Shown: positions 14,601-26,978 of the stretch, piece after piece
Layout: each line of letters starts with the position of its first letter
How positions within the stretch are numbered: the first letter of the stretch is position 1
From: Phoronis australis
Lineage: Eukaryota > Animalia > Phoronida
Length of the DNA: 64,000 nt
Direction: 5' to 3'
Assembly: GCA_002633005.1 (NCBI GenBank)
Contig: NMRA01000735.1
Location: 1-64,000, forward strand
The notes under the pieces: generated by a model
What the model was told of the DNA's origin: nothing
Databases searched by the model: none
Seen by the model: the letters and a program-made list of their open reading frames with translations, nothing else
Position numbers and translations under genes: made by a program

Positions 14601-16368
14601 GGGGTGCAACAACGGGAAAAGGAAATAACGTGATTTTTTTCATGTGAAGTCTCGCTCGTCAATCACCTTCCGGCGGTGCGTTCTATATTAATATAGTGGG
14701 CTTCGCTCATAGGCTGCCTTCCGGAGGGGATCCTATATAAATATCGGGGGCCGCAATCTCTGGCCGCCTTTCGGCGAGGCCGCCTATACTATTATAGGGG
14801 AACTCGCTGAAAGGCAGTCGGAAAGCGGAGCCCTTTATATTAATGTAGAGGGCCTCGCCTGAAGGCGGCCAGAAAGCGGACCTTCTATATTAATATAGAG
14901 GGCCTCACTCATCAGCCGTCCTCCGGCGGGGCCCCTCTATATTAATATAGAGGCCCCGATCTCCGACTGCCTTTTGGCGAGGCTGCCTATATTTTTATAG
15001 GAGGCCTCCCCAACAGGATGTCGGAGAGCAGGCCTTCCTATATTAATATAGAGAGCCCCGCTCATTGGCCACCTTTTGGCGGGCCATCTATATGAATATA
15101 TATAGCCCCGCTCGTTGGACACCTTTCTGCGGTGGAACTGTATAATATAGGTGAGCCCCGCTCTGCGGCCGCCTTTTGGAGAGGCCCAAATATGTTTATA
15201 TAGAGGGCCTCGCTTTTGAGGCCTGAAATTCAATTTTTTTTTGCCTATGTCATTTTAATAAGAATAAGTCATTCTAAATTATGAGCTGTTCGTATCTACC
15301 ACGTCGGGATAATTTTGCAGAAAGTTCCAGAAGATCTAAAACGTTCCATATACAGTAGTTGTTCAACAGGGTGAGTCCATGGTAATCGCGGAAGCCGGAA
15401 ATGTCCCAATCGTTCTGATCGTGTTAACGTTTAAAATGATGAACAGATGTTTCTTAAAAATGACAATAAATGATCAAACTAACGTCTCCTCAATTCCTAG
15501 ACCACGGCATCTAATATCCAAAATCATACTCGAATTAGACTTGGACTGAGAACTAAGATCAAGAAGTCGTTTGCGTTTAAGGAGAGTAGTCGAGTTCCAA
15601 CATTGGATAGCTCTATGGAGGTAACTGTGCAATGGTCCCGAATTATCTTTCATCATCTTGCAACCGCCCAACTGCTGTTGAATAAGCTGCCACTAGATTC
15701 TGCACCATACGGTAGTCTAAGTGGTGTCATACCAGGATAGGGTTCAGTAGCTATTTCGTAGCTAGAACAATTTCGAAAAAAATCATGCGTTTTCATTTAA
15801 AATACTCGACAATATCTCTCGTGATGTCGCTAATTACTGGTTTTCCTTAGTGGCCCTGATGTTATTGAACCCTACCCAGTATTAAAAAAGTAGAAATGGT
15901 ACCATTCAATAGCATGCCCAAGGGTTGCAAGGATATTGGGTTGACTAAAATGCCATAATAGGCCCTGGCAGATGTGTATTAGAATTGATGGCGTTACACG
16001 GAATGCGTGTAGTTTTACATTTTAGAATGTACGTAATATACTCTAAAGTGGTGCGTGATTTTTTCCAGCCCAACTCTACAGTGACGCGGTAGTACCGCTT
16101 TGATTGACCGGGTTGATTGCAATCATGGGGTCTAGGGAGCTGGCTGCTACCCAAAACCGCACCACTTGCAACTAAGGATGAGGTGACTTCTCCTAATTTC
16201 TCATGCAATCTTGTTACTTAAGTTTGCATAACTTTTGGAACACAAATTGCCAAAATTGTTGGGTAATGGGTGATAATTTTAAACGTTGGGGTGCAGTTTT
16301 CAAAAAACATTTAGTCGCAGCTCAGAACAAATTATACTATTTTTGATTTTGTATAGTTATATACGTAC

Positions 16369-16481
16369 CTATTTATAACACTTGCAGACTGACGATTCGC
16401 AACGGCCTCTATTTTTGCCGTTAACACGGCAACCTATATCGCAACCAAAACCCCAACATCTGCGGCCTCTTTCCAGTGCAA
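16369..16481 (-). CDS. Defensin-like gene A, coding exon 2 (propeptide end + mature 6-Cys peptide)
   Basis: Acceptor cctctctttcag, phase 1. Reads (V)ALERGRR-CWGFGCDIGCRVNGKNRGRCESSVCKCYK*. TAG is followed directly by GTACGT. 113 nt, same length as the paralog exon. Confidence 0.92.
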
Positions 16482-18264
16482 CTGAAAGAGAGGGGTATTA
16501 TTCAGTTGTAAAATACAGCCGAACTTTATTCTCACCATTCTAACGGTAGACCAGTGCAGCTTCAGCCCGGGGCCGAGATTTGGAGCGAGGGGGTTGAGGT
16601 TGAAACGACACAAGCACCAAATAGAAAAAGTCGGAAATATAACACTTGTTGCTGCTTAAGAAGTGTTGGTGAGGGTGTGTGTTCGGGAGGTCGAGTGTGC
16701 ATGTGACGGGAAGAAAAGACTGGCGAACGTGGAACTGAATGAGAACTGGTTATTATCAATGAAAGCATCCTTGTAGTTCGTGAGGCATACACGTTGTCTA
16801 CCAACGTGTTGAAGGTTTGGTTGATAGCTTCTGAATTTGCTTCTGTTGTCGTTAATGCAATACATTTCCATAAAAAAACTGTTGAAAAAAGTCGATTGAC
16901 GACTACGCTGATGACGGATGCTTTTGAACGTTTTGCAATTTTAAAATAAGTTTTAAAACTTCACGATTTTCTACATTAAACGCATTCGGGAGTAGGCAGG
17001 ATAGTAGTTCCTCGTGAAGAATGCTCAAGAGTGGAAAGACGAACAATCCGAAATGGGTAGGATGTTGCGAGTACTATGCAGTATGGCAATATGATTACCG
17101 CTGACTAGTCTCAAGTACTATGCAGTATGGCAATATGATGACGTTTTCGATTCGTGGTGTATATAGTGTACGTAGATGGAGACGATGTATTTGGTAGTTG
17201 AACGCTTACAGTGTACATTGTAGCACCACGAAGTAGCTTTCTAAACTTTGTACAGTGTGCAATAATAGTATCAGTTCTGATTGTATTTTCTTGAGCATTC
17301 TGTGCCAAGTTTGAATTTCGACCTTTGAAATCAAGCTGATTCACAGTGAGCGCTACTAGTTTAAGTAATTGTTTACCTTGTGACTTCCGCATTCAATGAA
17401 TTGCTAGAAAATTGATTTATTTTTAGTACTCAAGTCGAACGAGTCGTGAACTTACACCAGTGAACACGTCCTGCTTCTTTGCTCAGAATGTCGACCATAG
17501 GTATTAATTTTGGCTTAGATTACCGGATCATCAATTTGTCTTTAATTGAAGATGGCTTTAAAGCCAATAGTTTTTGATTAGGCGAACAAGCGGCCAATAA
17601 AAACTACCTGTGATAATTGGTCATTTGTTATCAAATTTTAATATCATGTGCATACACTTACCGTAGAGTTGCTTATTTTTATTCCTTCTTAAACCCGTGC
17701 TCTTTCAGTCACCGAAAACTGGCGCTTGGATCTGCTTAATCACCAGTCCAAGAAACCACTTTTGATATAACGGAACGAGTTCATTGATTCTCCCTTTTTC
17801 AGCAACCAATCCCCCACTTAAGGTAAATACACCGTATAAGGAAAGTATATACTCATAAATTTACAATCTGATAAAAAATTGCTAATTCCTGTACCGTACG
17901 TTCATAAGATTTATTTGGTTAATTAGAAGGCAGACTCGTTTTTCGATTATTGCCTTTCTCCATTTTTTTCCTCGCCTGAGTTTGTTACTCAAGGATTGGG
18001 GCCTGTTTTGATACCAAGGACTTTCTCGGTATTCAAAGCAATCCTAGGCCTGCATCACATACGTGTAGTCAGTGTTATTGTTTTATTGATGTGTGTTCCT
18101 TGATGTGGAGAGGGAGTTTGTGAATATACATGTACCTGCTTTCTTTACATTAGGATTACGTGCATGTATTCATCAGTGTAGAGACAGTGGCCCTACTATG
18201 AAGCGATCACCAAGCCTACATGTATCTTGTTTAGAATGCTCTTAAAAGCTATTAATGGTGACTA

Positions 18265-19040
18265 TAATGTCAATGATTTGTAGAGGATTGAGATCCCTAG
18301 AAAACCGAAAGGATGTCTTTGGTCGCAATGCTTTTGGCTTTCAAACTTGAAGAATCTACTGCCCTACTTGCACAAAAGCACGGAAAATCCAGACGAGCTC
18401 ACGACCCAATTCATTGGTCCTGCAAGTCAACGGCTGTTCTATGTTCATAAAAAGTTGAGCTTGTGTGGACTGGGTCGAGTGGTTCGTAGGTGTGGGTCGA
18501 GCAGGTCGAGGGGCGCAGGGCTGGAGGAGGTCGAGGGCATTTCAGAACAATTACCTTTAAAGGCGTATTGAAACATTAGTACTTACAATGTATCTTACAA
18601 CAGAACTTTTTGAGCAAGCTCAGGAAGAGTTGCTGAAACTAACGCGTGAATTAGAAATATTCCAGGCGAATATATTAAAAGGACAGAGGCAACAAAATAT
18701 TCTTGTGATAAGGAAAAAAATACACCAGAACAGAAACAAGGATTGTTACTCTATCTGGCAGGTCAGTAACGGCCCAGGAGGAACTACGTGACGGAATTAA
18801 AAGATATTTCGAACATCTAAGAGTGATCAAGTTTCTCCAAACATAATACGTGTTCACTGTATAGCAAAACTAACAAAAATTTAAAAAGATTTTTTGTCAT
18901 AAAAATTTCATTGGCACAACTGGAAAATGTTTTAAAATTGATAAAAAACAATTAAAGTCCTGGGATTGACTGTTCCATGGTGGAGTTTTTTAAGTTATTC
19001 TGAAAAGAGCTGGGACTTCTTCTTCGTTCACTTAACCACA
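18265..19040 (+). mobile_element. Internally deleted L1/Tx1 LINE fragment
   Basis: Endonuclease-like start (ICRGLRSLENRKDVF), coiled linker (ORF 18588-18791), and a KSPG.D-like / EFF segment near 18955-18990. Confidence 0.6.
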
Positions 19041-19571
19041 GATTTACATGTACATTGTGTAGCAAAGTTGAATCCTTATTCTCCGTATCCTTTTATTTTG
19101 GGCGCCAAAATTCTAGGAATACATTTTAGGGAAATTACGCAGCAAAATTGGGGCACTTGTAAACTAAAGTAAACGACGACCGAACTTATCACAGCAGAGG
19201 TAGAACTATGACAGACTCGGCAGCTCTCAAAGTTAGACTACATGAACAGAAATTGGTGCAAAATTCTTGCCTCCCAAAATTTCCTTCCGGAGTTTAGGAC
19301 GAATAAATGTTTAAATTACAAATGCTGTAATTAACTGAAAATATATCTGGGATAATCATGGAACCTTATTTTTGCTAAAGATGACATAAAGAAAGGTTGC
19401 TTTCGCCTTTAATTCACGTCACGTGCTAGACCAGTAGTCAGCTCCACGGACATATACAAACTTCGCAAAAACGTAAAATATCGCGAGACATCGCTGGGCC
19501 TTACAAGCACTGCACGTAATTCCTTTAGCTTTACTTGCAATACCCAGGGCACTCCCAGTTATTGTTCTTAC

Positions 19572-19653
19572 CCTCTTCTTCGCTTTCTACCGACAACGCC
19601 TGGAGGCAGCCCACAGCCAGCATCAATACAACGAATACCGCGACGCACTTCAT
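19572..19653 (-). CDS. Defensin-like gene A, coding exon 1 (signal peptide + acidic propeptide)
   Basis: ATG at 19653. Reads MKCVAVFVVLMLAVGCLQALSVESEEE+G with donor GTAAG. Upstream acceptor ttgaattacag puts the exon start at 19666. This is the most conserved block I saw between the two duplicated units. Confidence 0.93.
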
Positions 19654-20743
19654 GACTTCTAGTTTTCTGTAATTCAATATTACATGAAGTTACGGAGATT
19701 CAAGTATATAAAAAGAGAAACGAGCACACCATGTGTCCCCTGGATTGCCTGTGTATCACAATTTCTGCAGCGCAATCACTTCTAGGTACAGTTAATAAGT
19801 CATATGCACACATCTTTTTCAGAACTGCCCAACTCCATCTTTTGAATTGTGGATTTTAAGAAAATCTTGTAACTAAACATCCAGCAGTTATTTTTGTATT
19901 GAGTTGCCATGCAACGGCAAACAAAGTCAAAGATTTTTTTTGATTTATCTGTTTGCTTTGTTTCTTTACATATCAAAGTCGACTTATCCAGTTCAATTTT
20001 TGAGCAAATCCTATATAAACCTGGTGATGCATGGTAAACTTTGATGTAGGTTGAAATTCGGACAATCACTGCCCGATATCAAGATTATGCAACATGATGT
20101 ATGCCAATCTAAAATAACCCTTTAGCATGTTTGTATTCCTGTGCCTTTTGACGTAGGTAGAAGATATTTCTACAGGTGATAACAATAGTCCCGATTGGTG
20201 AAAGCCCATAGAAACTCGGAATGTCCATATCATTGGAATGCTAATAGGCAGCGGCTGGGGTGGGGTTACGTTTTATAAGGTTTTCTTAACAGGAATAATA
20301 TGAAAGTATCTAATAAAATCTGATGACTTTGCACAATTGAAATCTAATGTTGTTCATTAAGGAAACTGACACTGAATGTATCGGATACAAACGATGTAGT
20401 CTTCACATCGTCACTTCTGCATTGCATCAACTGAAAAATTGGCAACCGAGACACTACAGTGAACTAGGTTCCTGTTATTACAACGACAGCGCTACTGTCG
20501 AGTAAATTAGGTGCCCCCACGACGACACGACGAAGATTGTCAGTTCTGCAATGCATCAGCAGAATAACAGACAATCGAGAAACTACAATATACTGGGTTT
20601 TCGTTTTCAAAACCACAAGTAAACAATGGACACACACTCTTCTATTGTTTAACACGATACGACTAGACGCGTTCGTAACCCGGTACCGTTTTATGGGATA
20701 ACTATGTTTAAGCGTGAGTCTCGTTTAACTCGATGTATACATG

Positions 20744-23700
20744 TAGGCCATAGTCCCAGCTCCCCTATCTTTCACCTCCGTGGCCAGTTTCTGAGGACAA
20801 TGGGAACTTTGCGCTAAACCCATCTACAGATGTTCAAAAGTCAATTTCAAAAAAGTTCCCAAGAATGCACTTACACGTGTAGATAGAATTTTGATTGAAA
20901 AGTTGGAAAAATATAACCTCCAATAATGTGTCAGTCACCAGGTGTCAGTGTAAAATGATCCGAACAACCAATAAAATTCCAGAAAAATATTGTGTCTATA
21001 CCTTTCCCCTTCAAAAGTCGTCTTTTTGGCATGGAAAAATTCATCAGAGGACAGTCAGCTGATGTTGTCGTGCTGGCTTAGCTAGCTCGTTTACTGCTAC
21101 TTACTACATTGGATAGCATTAATTCTTGGATGGGTGTGCAAGTAATACATGTAGGCAATTACCAAGGACCAAGGCTGAAAACCAGCAGTTGGGAATTGAG
21201 GAAAGCCAAATCAAGTGGCCACGAGTGTCATCCTACTGAAACATTTCTTGGCAGATCCCTGAAACCATGCATTATTGAACGAGTGTGCAACTTCACAATA
21301 GACTGGAAGCTGTCTGCCCCTTGCAGCGTTCATGTGTCAGGTTCTGCTCAAATTTTTGAGCTGGAATTTTCAGATATTACCTGGTCTAAGGCTACTGCAA
21401 ACAATTGTATCAACATTGAGTGCAAGAGAAGTATCATTGCTGATAAGTTTCTCAGCTTCTGTGAAATAACAGAGCTGTTGTCATGCGCGCACCCAAGGGG
21501 TGGGAGGCTCGGGGGCTTGAACGAGCCTCCTACATTTGGTAAAGTGGGTAAAAAGGTCAGCCTCAGAGAAACAAAAACTCCGAAACAGTAGAAAACGAGA
21601 CAAAAGTTCACTAAAAAGGCAGGAACTATCAAAATTCGGCGAACGCACAATTTGTAGCTCTGAAGTACCCGTTGAATGTTAATAAATGTCCACATTCTCA
21701 AAAACTCGAGCCCCCCATTTTGGAATATTGTTCTCTGATTGAGTCTATTAGGTCGTTTCTGAGGAGAACACCGTTACAAATGCAGTTAATTAAGATATAT
21801 GGACCAATAATACCTTTTAATATCCGTAATTTTTTAAACTGCACATCAATATGTAAAATGATATATGAAAGTGTCTGCCACAACAACATTTTGCCTATTG
21901 CCCCAAAAAAATTTCAAAAAGAAGGTTATAACTTTCGAAGTGATGACTGGAAAAAATTATATTCACTGTCTTTTAAAACTACTTATGATTTCAAGTTACG
22001 TACACTGCAGTTTAAACTATTACATAGAATACTTGTAACCAACTCTTTTCTTAGAAAAATTAACCTGGTGAACTCTGATGTATGTACTTTCTGTCATTCA
22101 CAAAGTGAAATAGTGGATCACATCTTTTTCGAATGCAATAATATAAAAACATTGATAGGAGAATTACGCATTTGGGTGTTGTTGGTAAAAGGTATGAATA
22201 TGGTTATTGACAAAAAACAATGTTTTTTGGGATGCCAATAAGTAATGAAAATAAAGTTTTAAATTGGATACTATGCTATCCAGGTGTAAAAAAATAATCC
22301 CCAGTTTCTGTCAGTTCCTTAAGATATTAGAAAGAGAATTTTATATTCAAAGAAGGATTTTATTAAATAATGGTAATTTAGATGAATACCATGCAACCTT
22401 GAGAAACTGGTTAACCATAACTTTTGCCTGACAACATCCTACTAAAAGTAATTTGGGGGGGTGCGTGTGGCGTGTATGTTAAGGGTTAGAATGGCTTGAT
22501 TTTTTTCTTACATATATGTATTGCTGTTCTGTATACCAATAAAAAAAATTATGCTTGGTGCGCACTTCTATCACAAGCAGTGTTACAGACACTTAACAAA
22601 TATAACAAAAATTGAAGGAGCTCTTAAAAAAGAAGAAGATACCAAGCTGATGATGGAAGTTGTGTTGAGCCCTCGAGTAAATTATGGAGATTGTCACTGT
22701 CAGTTACATGTACATTTAACAGTGCTCAAAGAAATATACCGTATATGTCTTGCCATCACAATGAACCATTTGCCTCAAATCAAATTTCATCACACTGGAA
22801 CTTCACAAACGAAAGAAAAGTTGAAAACCTATCCCAGTTCCAAACATTCAATTGTAAATAGGCCTAGCTATTCTTAATTTAAAAAAGGTATCATTTATGA
22901 TAAAAAATCTTTAGTTTACATCACAATACAAAAAATTTGCTTGATAAATTTGTATTAATATTCGTATCAATCTCAAATGTACTGGCAGTAGTTTTTACCT
23001 ACATGTGAGTGATCAGCACTGCTTTTTATGAATTTCTAAGCTTATTTTGAGACCACTTTATGTAAAAATCATGAGCAGTGCTTGGAATTTGAGAAATATA
23101 AAGATGGAAATATTGCCTGTGTTCTGTAATTTCATGGATTTTGAAAAGTCAAATGTTGCGCAGATTCCAGTACCTCACGTTTTGAAGATTGTTGAATTGG
23201 AGTTTTTAGCGAAGAAAAATGTTCATTCTTCCAATTATATGCTATTTAAAACAGGATGTCAAATAAAATTTTAGCTCTACGGTAAAAAAGAATCAATTTC
23301 AAACAAAAACTATTGCCAACATGACCATTCCTCTATTTTTCAAAAGCTGAACTACTGCATTACGCATGATAAAAATGTTTCTATATTTTAAATTGTTTGA
23401 AGGCAGCTGCACAGTGCAATCAATGCTAGTAATGATGCTCATTTCTCTTAATGCTTATTTTCGCTGAGCACTTGGACAAAATGAAATTTCAGTTGTTGGC
23501 CATACTGTGTGCTAAGCTGAAGAGCATTTTGGTTATCTATTTCAGTTAAATAGGATTACTGTAACAAGGTGTAAAGATGAAACGGTGTTCAGGTTGTCAA
23601 AACTTTTTTTTTTATTTTGGGTAGGATGCAGGCTTGCAGATATTTTTTAAACTTTTTCTTTGCCATTAAAATTGGGCTCAAAATTTGTGTTTCCTGGTTA

Positions 23701-24645
23701 ACTCATGGAAGACATTGAACTGTTTGTATGCAAGCTGTACGGCGAATCATCAACAATTAACAAAGGGCGCCACAACATATTTAGGTTGAAATCTGTGATC
23801 TGCCTTCTTATCATGATTATTTGCTGTTACATGCTAAAAGAGCAAACTACCCGTGTGCCATTCACAAACGAGCCTTGAAACAGCATGTCAGTACACCATT
23901 TCCAGTTGGTAATGGGTGGCTTTTGGAGCAGGTTAGACTGAAGCTCCACTGGATGATTCTGCCTTTAGCCCCAGAAAATGTCATGAAAAATGTTAATGGC
24001 CAGTGTAAAAGAAGTGGTTGTAGTAAAAATGTGCTCTTGTTTAAAGTCAGGCACGCCATGTTCTGTTGGGCGACTGTCCAGACTTTGTGACAACGGTGTC
24101 TCAGTCAAAAAACAACTTTTGATGACAATAAGGATGATAAAAAAAAGTGATGACAGTGAATTTCTTTCAGTTGTGTTGGAATACATTGTTCATATGTAGG
24201 TTGTGATATCAAATCTTTATCAAGTTCCATCCAAATGTTTAACAGTATTTGTTTGTGGCAGATCAGAATATAGTAGTATGTTTTCTGGCCAAAAGGCGGC
24301 GCTTCTAATATATATTTATTTTTCTCTTTTTTGAGCAATTTTCCACCTAATATCATGATATATATCACCTTCCTTGTTCAATAACTTCAAATGAACAAAT
24401 CCCAATCAAATTATCATTCCGTTTTTGTCTAGTGTTGTGGGTTTTTGAAGATTGCTTTTCTGTGCTAAATTATGCAAAAAGTCAGAATTTTGAGGTCAAA
24501 TTTCTCAAAAACGTGCTTGGAAACTTTTTGGACTCTTAAAGTATAGTACTTAATGACCTTCAAAAGACCAAAATTATCTTGCCCCCAAAAAGTGGCCATG
24601 GAATTTTCTTTGTAGGCTTCCTAAAGTCGAATGGACTATGGCCTA
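20744..24645 (+). mobile_element. Academ (AcademX-like) DNA transposon, internally deleted, with both ends
   Basis: Perfect 13-bp terminal IR TAGGCCATAGTCC plus degenerate extended IR. 3-bp TSD ATG on both sides. C-terminal LLHAKRANY...GW...HWM..P.AP...CK..GC...CSC Cys-rich remnant at 23821-24100. Absent from the paralog at ~53210. Confidence 0.82.
21670..22548 (+). mobile_element. L1/Tx1 LINE 3' fragment (zf-RVT region) nested in the Academ element
   Basis: QFKLLHRILVTN...CTFC...E..DHIFFEC motif. Ends at aataaaaaaaa. Confidence 0.88.
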
Positions 24646-24774
24646 ATGTACTTGTTAGTATTAAAAACGATGCAGCAAGATTTGCGTTTTATACCAGCAT
24701 CCCAGATGTTTTTGGGCATAAAAAGTAGGCCTGAACAATATTCGTTGTTACCACAGTGACCCATGGTTATCGCA

Positions 24775-25600
24775 CTGCTAGGAATTGGCCCAGATCAACT
24801 TTTCTGGTAACCACCTTAAAATACCTGCAACACCAACTACTCAATTCATAGTATCAAAATTATCCACTGCGACACAATTTCAGGGGTGGGTTACTCCGAC
24901 AAAAAATATTGTGGTCCCAAAATTGAGATGATCAGTCCAAGAGGTAACGGCGTAAAACTGGTTACAAATTAATCATCATAGAGCAATGCATCATGCATAG
25001 AGAGTGCTAGCCAAAATCAGTAGCGGATTACCAACGCCAAACACGTCCAAATGACGTAGCCCAAATCACCAGGTAACTGGTTGAAACCAATTGTTTAACA
25101 TCCAGCATCACTTCACTGAGAGCAGCAGTTATGTACCAGACAATGTCAGTGAGAGTTGCTCCAGTCAGATAACAATAATGGGGTCCCAAACTTGAGCAAG
25201 ATCAACCCAAAAGTTAACTGAAGAAACTCAGTAATAAAAAATTCAACAGGACCGCGTGTATCTCTAAATAACACTGCTAGACAAATCCACTGTTGAGTAA
25301 CACCGCCAGACAAGCCCAAATCTCAGAGTTGAGCTAAATCAACCCACAAGGTAACCAGTTAAAGCAAAGACAGTTTCACTGATGGGGGGCCTTTGACAGA
25401 CGAAAAATTATGCGGCCCCAATATGAGCTTCATCAAGCCGAGAAGTAACCATTGGAAACTTGTTGCAAAACATCCAAGATAAATCCACAAGGGTTTGCCA
25501 GATAAATCAGAGGGTAGGTTACGCCCGGTTTCCTGGAACGCCCAAACCTGCGAGTTGTGTTAGATCAACTCACCACGTAACAGGTTGAAACCAATAACAG
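24775..25600. repeat. Degenerate ~130-bp tandem repeat (about 7 units)
   Basis: Recurring cccaaa..tgag...atcaaccc..aggtaac core near 24806, 24942, 25071, 25213, 25351, 25444 and 25577. Confidence 0.65.
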
Positions 25601-26799
25601 CATGTTCAGGGTCACTCCGAATTCCACAACCGTTACATGCCAGACAATTTCGGAGAGAGGATGCCACAGGCAGAAAAAAATAAAAAGTGAAACTTTCGAG
25701 AAATCTAATTTACGACTCATGGAAACGGTTCGATTTCTTTGAGAGTGATTCAAATAATCTAATGAACTGACTCAATTCCATTTCAAATTTCCTTGACGAA
25801 ATACCAAGCAATTTTTAATGGTTGCGAGGAAAGTACCTGATATGACAAGATAGTTGTATTTTAAGCTCTTTGCATAACACCTTACGTAAAGCAAATTTTC
25901 ACAAGGCATGGGGCCGCTAACGGTTTACGTAGTATGAGCATCAGTGCCTTTCAACTCCTCCTGGTGGCACTCATTTGAAACAATAAAATCGACTGGACGA
26001 TTCAGTGTTAGTGCTTTGTTCAAGGACACAATCGTCAGTGCGTGAGACATTTACGAGTGGACTCCACTTAACGCAAATTTAAGGAAAGTTGCGATATTGA
26101 AGGAGTTGTGTTGTGGGATACGAGTATAAAATCGCGTACACAATTTTTGCGATCCGGGTGCCGTCGTCATTTTTGAAGCTGTTTTGTGTGGATACGCTAA
26201 TTCAGAGACTACATGAACATCAACTGTGCCATGCGCACAGGTCTAAATCACAATTCTCCACCCTCTCAGCAATTTTCAATAACTTGATTTACCGTCACTA
26301 CGAAATTGAGGAATGAGACAAAAAATTGCTATTACCATTGTTGGTATAATAGGTTATTAACGGCGAAATCGTAAGAGGTAAACGGAATAATTGCATAAAT
26401 AAGCTAACTTCCAGTTGGTAGTTGAGGTTCCAGTGGATTACAACACCTATTCAACACCGGCCCTTGATGAAGAGCGGCGAGTAGTCACCAACAGTGAAGG
26501 CGTGATGCCGAGTCAATATTATTTCTTTAAACCGACTGTTTGAAATCATACACACAATTATTTATTTTGCGCATCTGATCAACTTTGATTAAGAAAACCT
26601 GTTATTAAGTTCATCATCTGTCAATGGTTTTTTATTGTGACTATGAACGCTTTCTCGTGAAATACAGGCATTTGCGCTGCATTCATAATATAGACAACAA
26701 AAATGCAACCCCTTATTTGCTAGCCTGGAGAAACCATAGTATTGGTTTGGGTGAGAATCCTCAGAGAGTAGTCGGCCTTGATAAAACATGCCGATGAGA

Positions 26800-26978
26800 A
26801 ACCGGCTTCCTGTTCAGTAACGCTAGAACCTCGCTAAAAAGCAATACTTTGCGAGACTACGAGAGATATCGTCGTGTATTGTAAAAAAGGGCACGTGACG
26901 GTGGCTAGATTTTAGCTACAATTTACATGTGCATGTAGGTCCTAGCGTAGGTCCTAGCGTTACTGAACGCCCTCCTGG
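26800..26978. mobile_element. MITE (~180 bp); inverted copy at ~45808-45970
   Basis: IR gttcagtaacgctag / ctagcgttactgaac. Reverse-complement match to the second copy. Confidence 0.75.

Larger units (their letters stand above)
6773..15290. mobile_element. 8.5-kb long-TIR DNA element with subterminal tandem repeats (CACTA/foldback-like), containing nested repeats
   Basis: Ends AACAGCT...AGCTGTT with >100 bp of inverted match (aatgacttattcttattaaaatgacataggc). ~41-bp subrepeats centred on tatattaatata at 6855-7015 and 14680-15210. Flanked by CG on both sides. Absent from the paralogous intron at ~47707. Confidence 0.85.

Noticed and set aside
14680-15210. Regular repeat-spacer pattern resembling a CRISPR array
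   Set aside because: Eukaryotic context, no cas genes, spacers similar to one another, and an inverted counterpart at 6855-7015. These are transposon subterminal repeats.
19477-19662. Plus-strand reading LFFAFYRQRLEAAHSQHQY...LHDF*, similar in both duplicates (overlaps ORF 51799-52167 in B)
   Set aside because: It is the antisense shadow of the signal-peptide exon. The minus strand has the ATG, splice sites and a coherent precursor, and the plus frame is shifted in B.
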